Shown piece after piece: positions 11,730-25,300 of a stretch of 64,000 nucleotides of DNA. A program made the position numbers and the translations under genes. The stretch covers positions 1-64,000 of the forward strand of contig CAUYUJ010000057.1 of NCBI GenBank assembly GCA_963575745.1. Direction: 5' to 3'. The notes below the pieces were generated by a model. The model made no database searches. It was given only the letters and a program-made list of their open reading frames with translations, and was not told the DNA's origin. Origin of the DNA: Prorocentrum cordatum (Eukaryota). How positions within the stretch are numbered: the stretch's first letter is position 1; the number at the start of each line of letters is the position of its first letter.

Positions 11730-14700
11730 GACAGGGGCTGGAGCCCAAACGGCTACGGAGATCGTCTCTGGGTCACCTTGGGGTCTTCTGGTCTTCTTGA
11801 GGACGGCATGGCCCCCCTGAATCATTGTGGAGCCTCTTGGGCCTCTCGCGAGGCCCCCCTGCGAGCCGACTCTGTACGAGCCCGCAGGAAGCGATGCCCA
11901 CCAAATCATGCCGCTCCCTCGTGGGCGGTGCGACTCTGTGATCTGGAACCTCGGCGCAGCCACTCCCGCAGAAGGCGATGCCCGAATGAGGTCGATCCCT
12001 CTTGGGCGGGAGGAGGAGGAGGAGGAGGAGGAGGAGGAGGAGGAGGAGGAGGAGGAGGAGGAGGAGGAGAGGAGGAGGAGGAGGAGGAGGAGGGGAGGAG
12101 CGGAGGAGTAGGGGGAGGAGAAGGAGGAGGAGGAGGAGGAGGAGGAGGAAGAGGGAGAGCTGTTCAGAGGGAGGACAGGGAGGAGCTGTTCAGAGGGAAC
12201 GGGAATGGAAGAGGAGGAGGAGGAGGAGGAGGAGGAGGAGGAGCAGGACGAGGAAGAGGGAGAGCGAGCCGCGCGGTTGCCACAAAAAAACTGTCCCACG
12301 CATGGGTTGCTGCAGGCCCTGGCCCGCGCCGGAAGGACACGGAGACTGGTCACAGGAGGAGGAAGAGGGGAGAGGAGGAGGGGGAAGGCCGGAGGGAGGG
12401 GGGAGGAGGGGGGGGCCATGCCACGTTGGGGGCACTTGGGGGACCTTGACGCACCTTGAGTCCGTGACACAGCAGAGGCTCTGGGAATGCAGGGGGACCT
12501 CTGAATACAGTTGTGTCTAAGCAAGACACCACCACCGCTGCGTCTGAGTCGCAGCTCGCGTCCAGGGTTCCAAACGAGGCAAGTGGTTGGAGCGTGCAAG
12601 ATGGCCCTCGTCAAGATGGCCTCCAAGATGACGCAGAGTGGGCCCAGGTGGCTCTAGGTGGCCTCCGGCATGGCTCCCAAGGGGCTCCAAGACTATCCAA
12701 GATAGCAGCTGCCAGAATTATTGAAACGACGACGACCCTGTGCGCGGCCCTCCGCGTCGTCGTCGTCGTCGTCGTCGTCGTCCTCCGCGTCGTCGTCGTC
12801 GTCGTCGTCAACGTCGTCGTCGGGGCTCCACTTGTGTTGCCTTTTTGCCGTTCGCTTCCGAGGGATCTCCGAGGAAATTAGCTGGGCGGCCGCGGGAGGG
12901 CCCCCAAAAGGGGGGCGCAGGGAGAGCTTCCCCCCCCCCCCCCGCAAGGCGCCGCCGCGCGCCCCTGCAGGAGAGCCCCGAGCGGGGCCCGAGGAGGCCC
13001 CGCACGGCGTGCTCTCCCTGGCTCCAGAGGGGGGCGGCGCCTTCTCTCGACCGCTCCAGATCTCGTAAAGAAAGGGAGGGGGGGTCTCCTTTCGGGGGGG
13101 TCTCTTCCAGGCTATCTTGGAGGGCCTGGGGGGGGTCTGGGGACGATGTTCTGGAGGGTTCTCTTGCGGGGGAGGTCTGAGATGGCTTGTCTTGGAGGGT
13201 CCAGGCCCCCTCCCTTTTATTACGAAATCTGGAGTACACTGGGGGCTCGGCCACGAGAAACCTCCGCAAGACACCCAGCCCTGAACTCCGCAATCTGCTC
13301 GGTGCAAATCCAAACTCGTCGATCGAAGATCGTCAAGATCTTATTGGGGGCCCATCGAAATCCAAGCAACCCAGGGCACCCTGGCAAAATCCAACTGGTT
13401 TCTTGGCACACGCCCCCACTGCACGATCCCAACCAGAAGACCCGAATTTCGCCCGAATTTCGGGCTGGGGGGGGGGGTACGGGCTCCAGATGTGTTTTGT
13501 TCAATGTTCCCCGACCCCCCCCAACACTCAAAATGGATGGCAAATCGAGACCTTCGGGTTGGGTTGGGGTGGTTTGGTGGGATGGCAATAAAACTACCCC
13601 GAACCCTTTGGGAGAGGATTGAGTTAGGAAAGCCCTTAAAGATTAGGAATAAGGGGATCTTTTCTGCAGATGTGTCGGGACACAACTGAGGCCACGTCTT
13701 CACCGTGCAATTAAGGCTCGAGGTTCTTACACTCTCGATGATCCATCAAGGGCCCCCCGTCGTGGCCCGATGGATGGCCCACGCAGCAGGGCCCGCAAGG
13801 CTCCCAACGTCGGCTGCAAGCAGGGGTGACCCTGAGCAAGACCGACCTCTGGTGGGCGGCTGCATGGGGGCCGCCAGATGAACGAAATTTGTTACAGTCA
13901 AAAACCCTACTATCGACGCGCGGTAAGGACGCAAGACCCTTGGAAGCCGAAGTTGGGATTTGGGGGGCGGCGGACGACGAAAAGCCCAAGGACGCAAGAG
14001 CAAGGAAGAGCAAGGACGCAAGGGTACCCTGAGCAAAGTCGCGCGTCCTTCTTAGGGTTTTTGACTGTAGGGAGCCGCAAGAGGAACGAAATCTGTTACT
14101 ATCGCATCAGGTTCAGCGACCGGGGCACCCCAGCGAGCCCGCACCAGAGATCACTCCAGCGCGAGGTCACTCCTACGCGCGGCCGGAAACAGGGCCCCAA
14201 GACGGCTCTAGAGACTCTCGCACAGCATCAGGGGAGCCCGAAACGTTCTGGATACTCATTCATGTTAGCCAGCGTGAGCCCCAAAGAATGGGTGATCCAA
14301 CAAGACTCCCTCACAACATCATGGGAGTTCGAAGCGCTTCCAATAATCATCCAAAAGGCGCCTAGGGCCAACTTGGCCATTGGTTTGGGGCCGTTCGGGC
14401 TGATTCCATCTTCGGTTCCTCTGATGTAACACTTGTTTCACTGATGAGCCTCCAGGTCCCTGCTTGCGACAACTCGTTCAAGAACTGTTTCTGCATTGGC
14501 TGGTGGGGATACTCCGAGCGTCAATGACATGCGTGCAGCTAGGAAAACAGCAACTGATACAATCCGCGGACCCTTTGGCGGGTGAGAGACGCTGTCGTCA
14601 TTGTCGCCGTCGTCGCAGCAGAGAAAAGGAACGTCGTTGTCAAAACGATTCCCTGACCTTTATCCCTTCCCTGCTGGGGGGGCGGATGGGAGGGGGGGAC

Positions 14701-15664
14701 TCCGAGTCAGAATACAGCCACCCCCCAGGGTCCCGTCGGGTCCCGGGGCGGTTTCGCCAGCGGGGGTCCCCGGGCAGGTCCCGTCACACCTTCAGGGTTG
14801 GCGGCACCGGCCGTAAGGCCTTCGCAATCTGCAAAGACGCCATGCACGGACAGCTGCGACATCGCAGTGAACTGAGACGCAGAAGGACGTATTAGCACCA
14901 TGCATCCACCGCAGAGGCGCACGACCGACCAGAACATATAGCACGACCATCTTGCAACATCTGACTATCCAATTGGTACGGCCAGACAGCGCCCGCAACT
15001 GAGCTCATACAACACGACTTGGTTGTGCGCGCGTCAGCCGCGCACACAGTAGAGGTGTGTACGACGCACATCCTTCACGTAAAGGGGTCCGTTTCTCTCA
15101 TGCACAACATAAGCGTGTACGTCAGAAGCCTCGGGCGAGTGGGATTGGGAGGGTGACCTCAAAAGGGGGTGAAGAGAAGGGCTCCAAATGGGCATTCAGG
15201 GCACCTCTTGGAGCCAGCAGGGAACCAGAAGAAAGCACCCTTGAGGGCCCCTCTCTGCACCCCGCAGTCAAATCACCCCCCATCACCACCCGCCCGACGT
15301 CAGAAACCATGGCCGTGGATACGAGATCCGGCGTCCACACACTAGGAGGGCGCACCGCTCGCAAGCGGCTCCGCGCGCAGAAGCGTGCAGGCATTGCCTG
15401 AGACAACTTTGGCAAGCCTGGCCGGAGCCAAACCGGCCAATTGCGGGGGAAGGCTACGAGGAGCAGGGAGAAAGAGGAGGAGGAGCACGAAGACTTGCCG
15501 TCGCTCGGACGTCCATTTCCCGTGCATTTTTTGGTTTCGTGTTTTTTTTCTTTTTTTGCTAGATGGTCCAGGATGGTCCTCGATGGTTCTCGCCGAGAAA
15601 AAAAGCAAGTGTCCGAGCGATGCCAAGAAGAGAAGGAGCCGAAGACGGGGCGGCAGCTGCAGGC

Positions 15665-15722
15665 CTCTATCAGGTCGGCCATGAGCCGAGTAAACTCGCC
15701 GAACTTGACACTCATGGGGTGC
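15665..15722 (-). CDS. GPN2: GPN2 exon (R)HPMSVKFGEFTRLMADLIE
   Basis: ag|G acceptor in phase 2, GAG|gc donor in phase 0; LIE joins DYGLVSF to give the conserved LIEDY.LVSF. Confidence 0.85.
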
Positions 15723-15971
15723 CTCGCGGGATGCATCCTGCTCCTGCCTCGCGCTGCTCCTGCCTTCTCCCTCCTGCTTCCTAGGAGGAGGAGGAGGAGG
15801 AGGAGGAGGAGGAGGAGGAGGGGGAGGAGGAGGACACCCTCCTCCTCCTTACGGCTTCCAGCTTGAATATACTAGAAATGTACTCCATAACTGCTCGGGT
15901 GCACCCATGGACTTCGACCCCTTCTCCTTCTCCTCATCCTCCGCCTCCTCATCCTCTCTAACTGGTCGCAC

Positions 15972-16060
15972 CTGTTGGTGTGAACGGTCCTCAGCAAGTG
16001 CGACAAATTGTCCACGGTCGCGTAATAATCGAGCCGGAAGGAGAGGTCGTCCGTGTGGTC
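15972..16060 (-). CDS. GPN2: GPN2 exon DHTDDLSFRLDYYATVDNLSHLLRTVHTN(R); upstream exons not located
   Basis: cag|GAC acceptor, AG|gt donor in phase 2; matches GPN2 LAFNLDYYTEVLDLSYLL. Confidence 0.85.
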
Positions 16061-19000
16061 CTGAGCTTCGAGTCTCCTCCTCCTCCTCCTCCTCCTCCTC
16101 CTCCTCCTCCTCCTCCTCCTCCTCCTCCTACTCCTCGCCCCCTACCTCATTATCAGCTTTCTGTTCCTCTACCGTCCCTCCCTTCCTCCCCCCCTCATCC
16201 TCTTGCTATTCCCCGCCATCGCCAGAATCCTCACCAGAATCATCACCACCACCATTATCACCACAACCATCACCATCACCATCACCATGACCACCCCCAC
16301 CCCCACCATCACCACCACCATCATCATCATCAGCATCATCATTGCCATCATCATCACAATCAACATCAGTGTTACCATCTTCAGATTCATCTTCATACCT
16401 CATCCTCATACTCATCCTCACGATCATCATCATCACCAGCATCATCACAACCACCACCACCACCATCATCATCAGCAGCATCATCCTCACCACCATCATC
16501 ACATTCATCATCCCATTCGTCATCACCGTCATCACCTCCACCGTGGTCATCATCGTCAGCAGCACCGCCCCGGCCAGAGCAGGCCAGGGCCCTGCACACG
16601 GCACCGAACAGTGCCTGACACGGCCACGGCAGGGCACGCCGCACCTGCACGGATGCGTTCTCTGCAGACGACGGGGCGGGAGCTCTCACGGGCTCGGAGC
16701 ATCGCCGACGCATCGCCAAGATGCATCCAGGCGGAGGAGAGCTCGGGCTCCAGATCGCGCCGCGCTGCCCATGCGCCGCGAGATGCGCCGACCGCGTCCG
16801 GCCCAGCCCGGCTCTTGAGCACCTCGACGGCAGGGGGGTCCGTCGATCTCTCGAGCACGGCAGGCTCGAGCCGCGGTGACCTCGCTGCCGACGCCGCGCG
16901 GATCGCTTCAGCCCCGAACGAGCGGCGGCTTCTCCATCCTCGGAGGCCTCCACCCTTGGCCGATTCCAGGCCACCGGCGTCGATCTCAAGCACGGCAAGC
17001 TCGAGCCGCGATGACCTCGCTGCCGACGCCGCGCGGATCGCTTCAGCCCCGAACGAGCGGCGGCCTCTCCATCCTCGGATGCCTCCCGATCGGCCTCCCG
17101 ATCGGCTTCTCGATCGGCTTCTCGATCGTCGGATGCTTCCCGATCGGCTTCTCGATCGGCTTCTCTATCGTCGGATGCTTCCCGATCGGCCTCTCCATCG
17201 TCGGAGGCCTCCACCCTTGGCCGACTCCGGGCCGCCGGCGGCGCTCCGCCCTGAGCGCGCCCGCCGCCCGGGGGTCGCCGCCGCGCCGGCACGGCACGCC
17301 GGCCCAGCTGCTGGACTTGCACTCGCCCGTCGCTCCCGTGCCCCCCCCCCACGCCCTCCCGTCGAATGCAGGCCAGCAAGGCTTAGGACGGGCACGGCCT
17401 CGCTCCCGTGCCCCCTTCACGCCGCCCGCGCCTGGCCGCGTGGGGCCCCGCCCTCTTCCGCCCTCTCTCTGCCGATTGGAGCGGTGCGCGTCCCGCCTAG
17501 CTTTCAGCGGAAGGGGTTCGCTCTCGCCCTGCAGATCAAAAAACAACTGTGCCCCCCCCCCATGCCCTCCCGTCGAATGCAGGCCAGCAAGGCTTAGGAC
17601 GGGCATGTCCTCCTACAGTCGGATGTTGGAAGAAAAGAGAAAGTCAGGATATACTCAAACATGGTCGAACGGTCATGGGGAACTCGTCCCCAGCCTATCT
17701 CTACTCTTCTCGAATATTCCTCCTGTCGAGGGACATGCCCGACCTACAACGAGCCCTTTGGGGGACGGCGTTCGAGCGCGCCGACACTTCACAGGCAATG
17801 CGTTCGGCTGTGCAAACCCCCCGCGGGCCCCAAAAGGGCTGGACCCTGTTACCCTGTCGGCTGAAGCGTCCAAATCCAAACGTGTTCGTCATTCAGATTC
17901 CGCTTTCTGCGCGCCCACTGTGCGAGATGGCCCAGGACCCCAAACTGGCTCCAAGATGGCCCCACCATGGATCCAAGAGGCCTCGAGAAGGCTCCGAGAT
18001 GGCCCTGAAGGGGCTGCTTCAGAGCCTGACAGAAACGCCTGTGAGAGGCCAACATCCGTTCACAACGGAAAAGGCTGCAAGAAATTCACACCTCACATTG
18101 AAACAATTTCTTCGTGCCCACACGGAACACCGCATCGCCACTCGCTGAGACAACTGCCTACCACCCTCGTTCGATTTCCCTCTCTCTCTCTCATTCTTCC
18201 TCTGCCTTTCCCAGAAACCAGAAACGATAAACTGAACGGTAGCGCGACGTGACCTCCCGCATGTATCATGATCCACGTTGACCAGCGAGTCGCTCGTTCT
18301 GGCTAGGTGTGAACACTACCGGAGCAATGGGGGTTCTGCTTAGGCTCCCAGACCCCTCCGGGGGTCGATCTGGCGCAGCTTCACCTCGTGCGCGCGAGGT
18401 GGTCCAGCCCGGTTCGCTTGAGACATCCTCACGTCTGGGCTCCAAGACGCCGCGCGAGAGGTAGTCCAGCCCGTTTCGCCTGAGACGTCCTCGAAACTCT
18501 GATCTTCGAGATGCCGCGCGAGAGGTGGTCTGGGCCATTGCGCCGAAGACATTATCGCAGCTCTGGGCTCCGAGATATTCTTGCAACTCTGAGCTCCAAA
18601 ACGCCGCGCGAGAGGTGGTCCTGGCCATTGCGCCTAAGACATTCTCGCAACTCTGGGCACCAAGACGCCGCGGAGCTCCAAGATGTAGCGCGCGAGGTCT
18701 CCAGCCCATTTCGCCTGAGACATCTTCGATACTCAGGTCTCCGAGAGGCCGCTCGAGACGTGGTCCAGCCAGTTTCGCGTGAGACATTCTCGCGACACTG
18801 GGCTCCGAGGAACTGTGCGCGAGGTGGCGTTCGGAAGACGGCAGAGATACACGACCGCCGGGTTCCCTCGGACCCAGACCCGCCACCCTGGCGCTTGGCA
18901 CGGAGTGGGCATGTCCTCGCGTCGTGTGCCCCATCCCCTGAGCCTCAGTCCTCAGATCCTCTGAGCCTCAGTCCGCAGTCCTGGGCAATCTTTCAAGGCC

Positions 19001-20224
19001 CGGACCCCAGATTCTCAAATCTTCCAGGGTCTGGCGCGCTTCCCCCGGGCCTCGGATCGTCTCCCCGCCGGACGTGTTCGGGCCCGAGGGGGCGCCAAGA
19101 CAGGCCCAGAGGGCCCCCAGTATGCCTACGCGACGGCCGAAGAGGACCCCGAGTCGCCGACAGATCGCCCCAAGACTACAAAGATGGCCTCAAGATGGCC
19201 CCAGAGGCCTCCAAGGATTGGTTTTTGAAAGATGTTCGAATTCTCCCTTTTTCAGCTTCTCGACGCTCCAAGACGGCACAAGAGGCCACCAGGGTCGCCC
19301 CAAGGCGGCCCCAGAAGCTTCCACGAGGCCCCCCAGGCCCAAGATGGGCCCAAGACTGCCTCTTCGGGTTCCAAGACGGCTCCAAGAGGCGGCCCAGACG
19401 GGAGGCCCGAACAGACATTTCGAGCCCTTGGCCTCGAGAGGCCTACAAAAGGCCCCAAGAGACCCCCAAGAGGCCCCCGAAAGGCCCCAAGGAAGCCCCA
19501 GGAGGCCCCCAAGAGGCCCCAAGAGGCCCCCGAGAGGCCCCCAAGAGACTCTCAAGAGGCCCCCAAACTGCCCCCAGGCCCCCGAAGGCGCTCCGCAGAG
19601 ACCCCAAGAAGCATCCCTGAAAACTCTGAGTGGTAGGATGGGCCGAAATCCATTAGCACATGGCAAGTGATGGCCCATGTCTGATCGACATGCAAATTAT
19701 CAATGTGCTCCCTAACGCTGTGGCCAGGATAACGTGGCTCGACATTAGCAGTCGTTGCCCCTCGCTGGTGTGGACGTGGGGCCCGCGTTTTGCTAGGGTA
19801 CCAGTACGCGCCAGCTTCTTCAATGATGTGTTCCTCCCTCTGTCGTGCGCGCCGGGGGCGCCGTCGCGGGTCGGGCTTGCCCTGGTCGCACTTCCGGTCG
19901 CCGAGGCTTTCCCGAGGCCGCATGCGCCGTCGGCTTGTGCCGAAGGATGACCGGAGGCGAAATTTAGAATGCCAGTGTGTGTTGTTGTTCTGCTTGTTCC
20001 CCACATGTTTCGTGGGGTTATGGTTTTCTTCCCTGCCGCGGCGCACCCGCGTCTCCTCCTCCTCACCCTCCTCCCCTCCTCCCTCCCCCTCTTCCTCTCC
20101 TCACCCGCGCTCAACACATGCACGGCAAGTACGTGAGACACGCGTCTACATACAGCCGCACGCATGCACACACTCGCACACAACACACACACACACACCA
20201 TACAACGCTAGTGCGCGTCGGATA

Positions 20225-22360
20225 CGTGGCAGGCGTAGCAGTTTCTCGACACCACAGGGGGTGCGCAGGGGGTGGTCTCTCAGTGCGGTCTCTATCCGTC
20301 GCACGCTCGCAAAGCACAGCGGGCGTAGCAGTTCCTCGACACCAGGGGGGTGCGCAGGGGGTGCGGTCTCTATCCGTCGCACGCTCGCAAAGCGCGGCAG
20401 GCGTTGTTATCGACGCGAGAAGGGGGTGCGCACGGGGTGCGGTCTCTATCCGTCGCACGCTCGCAAAGCGCGGCGGGCGTGGCAGTTCCTCGACGCCAGA
20501 GGGGGGGCGCAGGGTGTGCGGTCTCTATCCGTCGCACGCTCGCAAGGCACGGCAGGCGTAGCAGTTCCTCGACACCAGGGGGGGTGCGCAGGGGGTGCGG
20601 TCTCTATCCGTCGCACGCTCGCAAAGCGCGGTAGGCGTGGTAGTTCATCGACACGAGAGGGGGTGCGCAGGGGGTGCGGTCTCTAATCCGTCGCACGCTC
20701 GCAAAACGCGGCAGGCGTGGCATTTCCTCCACACCAGGGCAGGGGGGTGCGCAGGGGGTGCGGTCTCCATCCGTCGCCGCTCGCAAAGCGCGGCAGGCGT
20801 GGCATTCCTTCGACACCAGGGGGGTGCGCAGGGGGTGCGGTCTCTATCCGTCGCACGCTCGCAAAGCGCGGCAGGCGTGACATTTCCTCGACACCAGGCG
20901 GGTGCGCAGGGGGTGCGGTCTCCATCCGTCGCACGCTCGGACAGCGCGGCAGGCGTGGCAGTTCATCGACACGAGAGGGGGTGCGCAGTTGGTGCGGTCT
21001 GTATCCGTCGCACGCTCGGACAGCGCGGCAGGCGTGGCAGTTCCTCCACACCAGAGGGGGGTGCGCAGGGGGTGCGGTCTCTATCCGTCGCACGGTCGCA
21101 AAGCGCGGCAGGCGTGGCAGTTCCTCCACACCAGAGGGGAGTGCGCAGGGGGTGCGGTCTCTATCTGGCGCACGCTCGCACAGCGCGGCAAGCGTGGCAT
21201 TCCTTCGACACCAAGAGGGTGCGCAGGGGATGCGGTCTCCATCCGTCGCACGCTCGCAAAGCGCGGCAGGCGTGGTAGTTCATCGACACGAGAGGGGGTG
21301 CGCAGTTGGTGCGGTTTGTATCCGTCGCACGCTCGCAAAACGCGGCGGGCGTGGCATTTCCTCCACACCAGGGGCGGGCGCAGGGGGTGCGGTCTGTATC
21401 CGCCGCACGCTCGCAAAGCGCGGCAGGCGTGGTAGTGTATCGACACGAAAGGAGGTGCGCTGGGGGTGCGGTCTCTATCCGTCGCACGTTTGCAAATCGC
21501 GGCAGGCGTGGCATTCCTTCGACACCAGGGGGTGCGCAGGGGGTGCGGTCTCTATCCGTCGCACGCCCGCAAAGCGCGGCAGGCGTGACATTTCCTCGAC
21601 ACCAGGGGGGGCGCAGAGGGTGCGGTCTCTATCCGTCGCACGCTCGCAAAGCGCGGCAGGCGTGGCATTCCCTCGACACCAGAGGGGGGTGCGCAATTGG
21701 TGCGGTCTGTATCCGGCGCGCGCTCGCAAAGCGCGGCAGGCGTGGCATTTCCTCGACACCAGGAGGGTGCGCAGGGGATGCGGTCTCCATCCTTCGCACG
21801 CTCGCAAAGCGCGGCAGGCGTGGTAGTTCATCGACACGAGAGGGGGTGCGCAGTTGGTGCGGTTTGTATCCGTCGCACGCTCGCAAAGCGCGGCAGGCGT
21901 GGCATTTCCTCGACACCAGGGGGGGCGCAGGGGATACGGTCTCCATCCGTCGCACGCTCGCAAAGCGCGGCAGGCGTGGTAGTTCATCGACACGAGAGGG
22001 GGTGCGCAGTTGGTGCGGTCTGTATCCGTCGCACGCTCGGACAGCGCGGCAGGCGTGGCAGTTCCTCCACACCAAAGGGGGGTGCGAAAGGGGTGCGGTC
22101 TCTATCCGTCGCACGGTCGCAAAGCGCGGCAGACGTAGCACTTCCTCCACACCAGAGGGGGTGCGCAGGGGGTGCGGTTTCTATCTGTCGCACGCTCGCA
22201 AAGCGCGGCAAGCGTAGCATTTCTTCGACACCAGGGGGGGTGCGCAGGGGGTGCGGTCTCTAATCCGTCGCGCGCTCGCAAAGCGCGGCAGGCGTAGCAT
22301 TTCCTCGACACCATGGGGGGGGCGCGCAGGGGTCGCACGCTCGCAAAGCGCGGCAGGCGT
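20225..22360 (+). repeat. ~77-bp tandem satellite, roughly 28 copies
   Basis: Unit gggtgcgcagggggtgcggtctctatccgtcgcacgctcgcaaagcgcggcaggcgtggca...cgacacca. Confidence 0.95.
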
Positions 22361-25300
22361 ATCAGTTCCGCGGCAGGCAAACACATAAGACTTAAATGAA
22401 GTATGTGGGGTTCCTCGGTAGCGTGATTTTTGGTGGTGGTGGTGGTGGGTATCGTCGGTGGTGGTGGTGGTGGTGATGGTGGTGGTGGTGATGGTGTGTC
22501 GTTATCGTCGGTGGTGGTGGTGGTGGTGGTGGTGGTGGTGGTGGTGGTGGTGGTGGTAATGGTGGTGGTGGTGGTGGTGGGTGGTGGTGGTGGTGGTGGT
22601 GGTGGTGGTGGTGGTGGTGGTGGTGGTGGTGGTGGTGGTAGTGGTGGTGGTGGTGGTGGTGGTGGTGTGTCGTTCTCGTCGGCCTGGGTCTGGCCCGTTT
22701 CGTTCGAGACGCCCGCAAGGGGAGGTTCCGAGACGCTGCGCGCGAGGCTGTCCGGCCCGTTGCCCCTGAGGCGTGCTCGAAACTCGGGGCCTGCGAAAAG
22801 CAAGAGGTAAGAGGGAGGAGGGGTCAGACCCAAACGAGCCATTTGACGACTCTTCGGTTGCCGACCTTCTGTTCTGGGAAGGGTCTGGGCGCCCCCGGCC
22901 CCATGGAGGAGGCAGCTGGCGCTGACGCGCGAGCGCGATTCCTGGAATCATTCCCAAGGCTTGTAACTTGCCGTCGCTCGGACGTCCATTCCCCGTGCAT
23001 TTTTCGGTTTCGTGCGTGCCTTTTTGTTGCTCGATGGTTCAGGATGGTCCTCAAGGGTCCTCGCCGAGAAAAAATGCACATGTCCGGGCGATGCCAGGTT
23101 AAGGGTATCCATGCTTGAACAAATCGTGGGGGCACCTCGAGCGGGAGCGGGGCGAGCAGCGAGGAAGCAGGATGGGGCAGGAGAAAGTTACCAGCCTCGA
23201 ACGTATCCCTATCCCTAAGATTGACACGCCAAAAGGCGATGACAATCTTAGGGATTCGCCCTCAAAAAATAAGGGAACCCCTAAGATTGGCATCGTGATG
23301 AAGAGGTGCCCAGCATAGGGATAGGGATATGTTCCAGGCTGGTAAGAAAGGGAGCGGGAAGCAGGAGGAATGGACGAGAGAGCAGAGACCGAGTCCCAGC
23401 TGTTTGTTTGAGGGCATCCACGGCGAGGATGATTCCTGGAAGCGGCTTCCAGAATGCGAACACATCCCTGGCATGGCGGAGGAAGTAGCGAAGAGAAGGG
23501 ACGAGGACAAGAAAACGAGAGATACTGACGGGGATGACGAAAAAGGAGGGAGTGGAGGAGGAAGAGCACTGCGAGGAGGGGTGGGAGGAGAAAGAGGAGC
23601 ACTGCGAAGATGAAGGAAACAAGCACCACGAGGAGAAACCCGATGACTACAAAGAGGTGCGCGGCGAGCAGGAGGAGGAGCAGCAGGAGGAGCAAAACAA
23701 GGAGGAGCACGATGAGGTAGAGGATGATGATGAGGCAGAGGAGGAAGCCGTCGAAGAGGAATAACAGCAGGAATACGAAGAGGATTCGTACGAGGAGGGG
23801 CCGAAGGAGGAGTGGTATGAGGAGGTGTAGAAAGAGGAGGTAAAGGAGGAGGAAGAAGAGGAGGCGAAAACCAAAAACAACGGATCAACACGGAAAGGGG
23901 CACTCTTTGGTAAGGTGGGGTGCAAGGGGGTAGCACGGTGAGCACTCGTATAGAACGGGCACGGTTGGTAGCTACCTTGAGCCACACATCGCGGCGAGGG
24001 GCAGCCAAAGGAAGCAGGCCCTAAACGGGAAAGGGGGGCAAATCTTAACACTGCTAGGGAAAATATATACAGGTGCCGTTCGAGCCTGGTGCTTAAACGC
24101 GTCTGTTTTGCCTCGCCGGCCCGAGCGCGCAAACCGTGCTCGAACCAACGAAGCAAAAGCACGCTATCAAAAGAGGACGTTGCACGGACCACGTCCCCTA
24201 TAAAAATATGCCAGCAACAAGCAAGTAATGGAGCACGGCCTCATTCGGTTGTACGCTCTATGTTTAACCGCCTGCTGCTCCACGAACAGAGTTCACGTAG
24301 TAAACAATAAGCCCCCACACACATGCATGCTTCACTACGTCGCTTGCGCGAAAAAGTCTGCGAGAAACGACCGTCTGCTTCGTCCTGCGCCATCGTTGGG
24401 GCCGTGGGCTGCGCGGACATAGTCACTTGCCCGTGGTGTTGGGCGAACCAATGACTTCGTCAGTCTGGTCGCCCTTGCCCCCCTGGGTGAGGCCACTTCG
24501 ACGGGAACTCGGAACTGCCATCTCGTGCCGCTCCTCGCTCAGCCCGACGGCGTCGTAGTCCTAGCTTAGCTTCCCGTCCTCAATGTCGAGAATGAGTTCG
24601 CGGCCGATGCTCGCCATCGCCACGGGGTCGGCCCTCATGTCTCTGGTTTCTCACGCCAGCACGCCGTCCATCTGCTTGGTGCGGAGCTGATCTGGTAGCC
24701 GCCAAAGATGACAGGCTATGCTGTTCTCCGAGGGTGGTCGGTCAGGATCCGCGGCCAGAGCGGCGAAGTCGGACGCGCCGTCTACGACCAGCTCGGACGG
24801 CGCAGCGTTGCCTCCTTCCCGCCTCGGCTGCCTGATCTCCTCGGCCGAGGCGGGCCCGCGCATCGTCTCGTGGAGCGCCAGGAGGTGCGCCTGTAGGCCG
24901 TCAGCTGCGCCGGGGGCTGCGAGCAGCTGAGCCACATGGTGATCGACACACCGGCTTGCGCGATCGGCTCTCAGCGTCGAGCAAGTGGCCAAGGGGGCAT
25001 ACCTGAATGCCTGTGCTGCGGCGCCCAGGCGCATATTTACGGCTCCATTTATGCCGTAAGCGGTCTCCTCCTCCCTCTTGACCGACCCGTCGCTGTGCGC
25101 GCACAATCGCCCGGCGCGCTCCATGGCTGGGAAGGCGACGCGCGCCTCGATCTTCTGCGTGGCCAGAACGACGGAATTGAACTGCATCGCGTGGCGGATG
25201 AGCAGCGTGTTCCTGGCCCTCTGCAGAGCGACAATTTGCACTGCGACATGGCGCCGCGTGACCGCTGCTCTTAGGAAGGAGACATAACTCGAGGTCTGGA

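Noticed and set aside
17488..17519. GPN2 exon candidate GESEPLPLKAR
   Set aside because: No similarity to GPN2; the exon at 15972-16060 fills that position
16203..18252. Overlapping ORFs of 464 and 458 aa
   Set aside because: Built from (CAT/CAC)n, a 120-bp duplication, a 12-mer repeat and MITEs; no recognisable domain
20225..22360. Long ORFs (up to 369 aa) or CRISPR in the 77-bp array
   Set aside because: Whole units are homologous with no unique spacers; frames stay open because the GC-rich unit is almost stop-free
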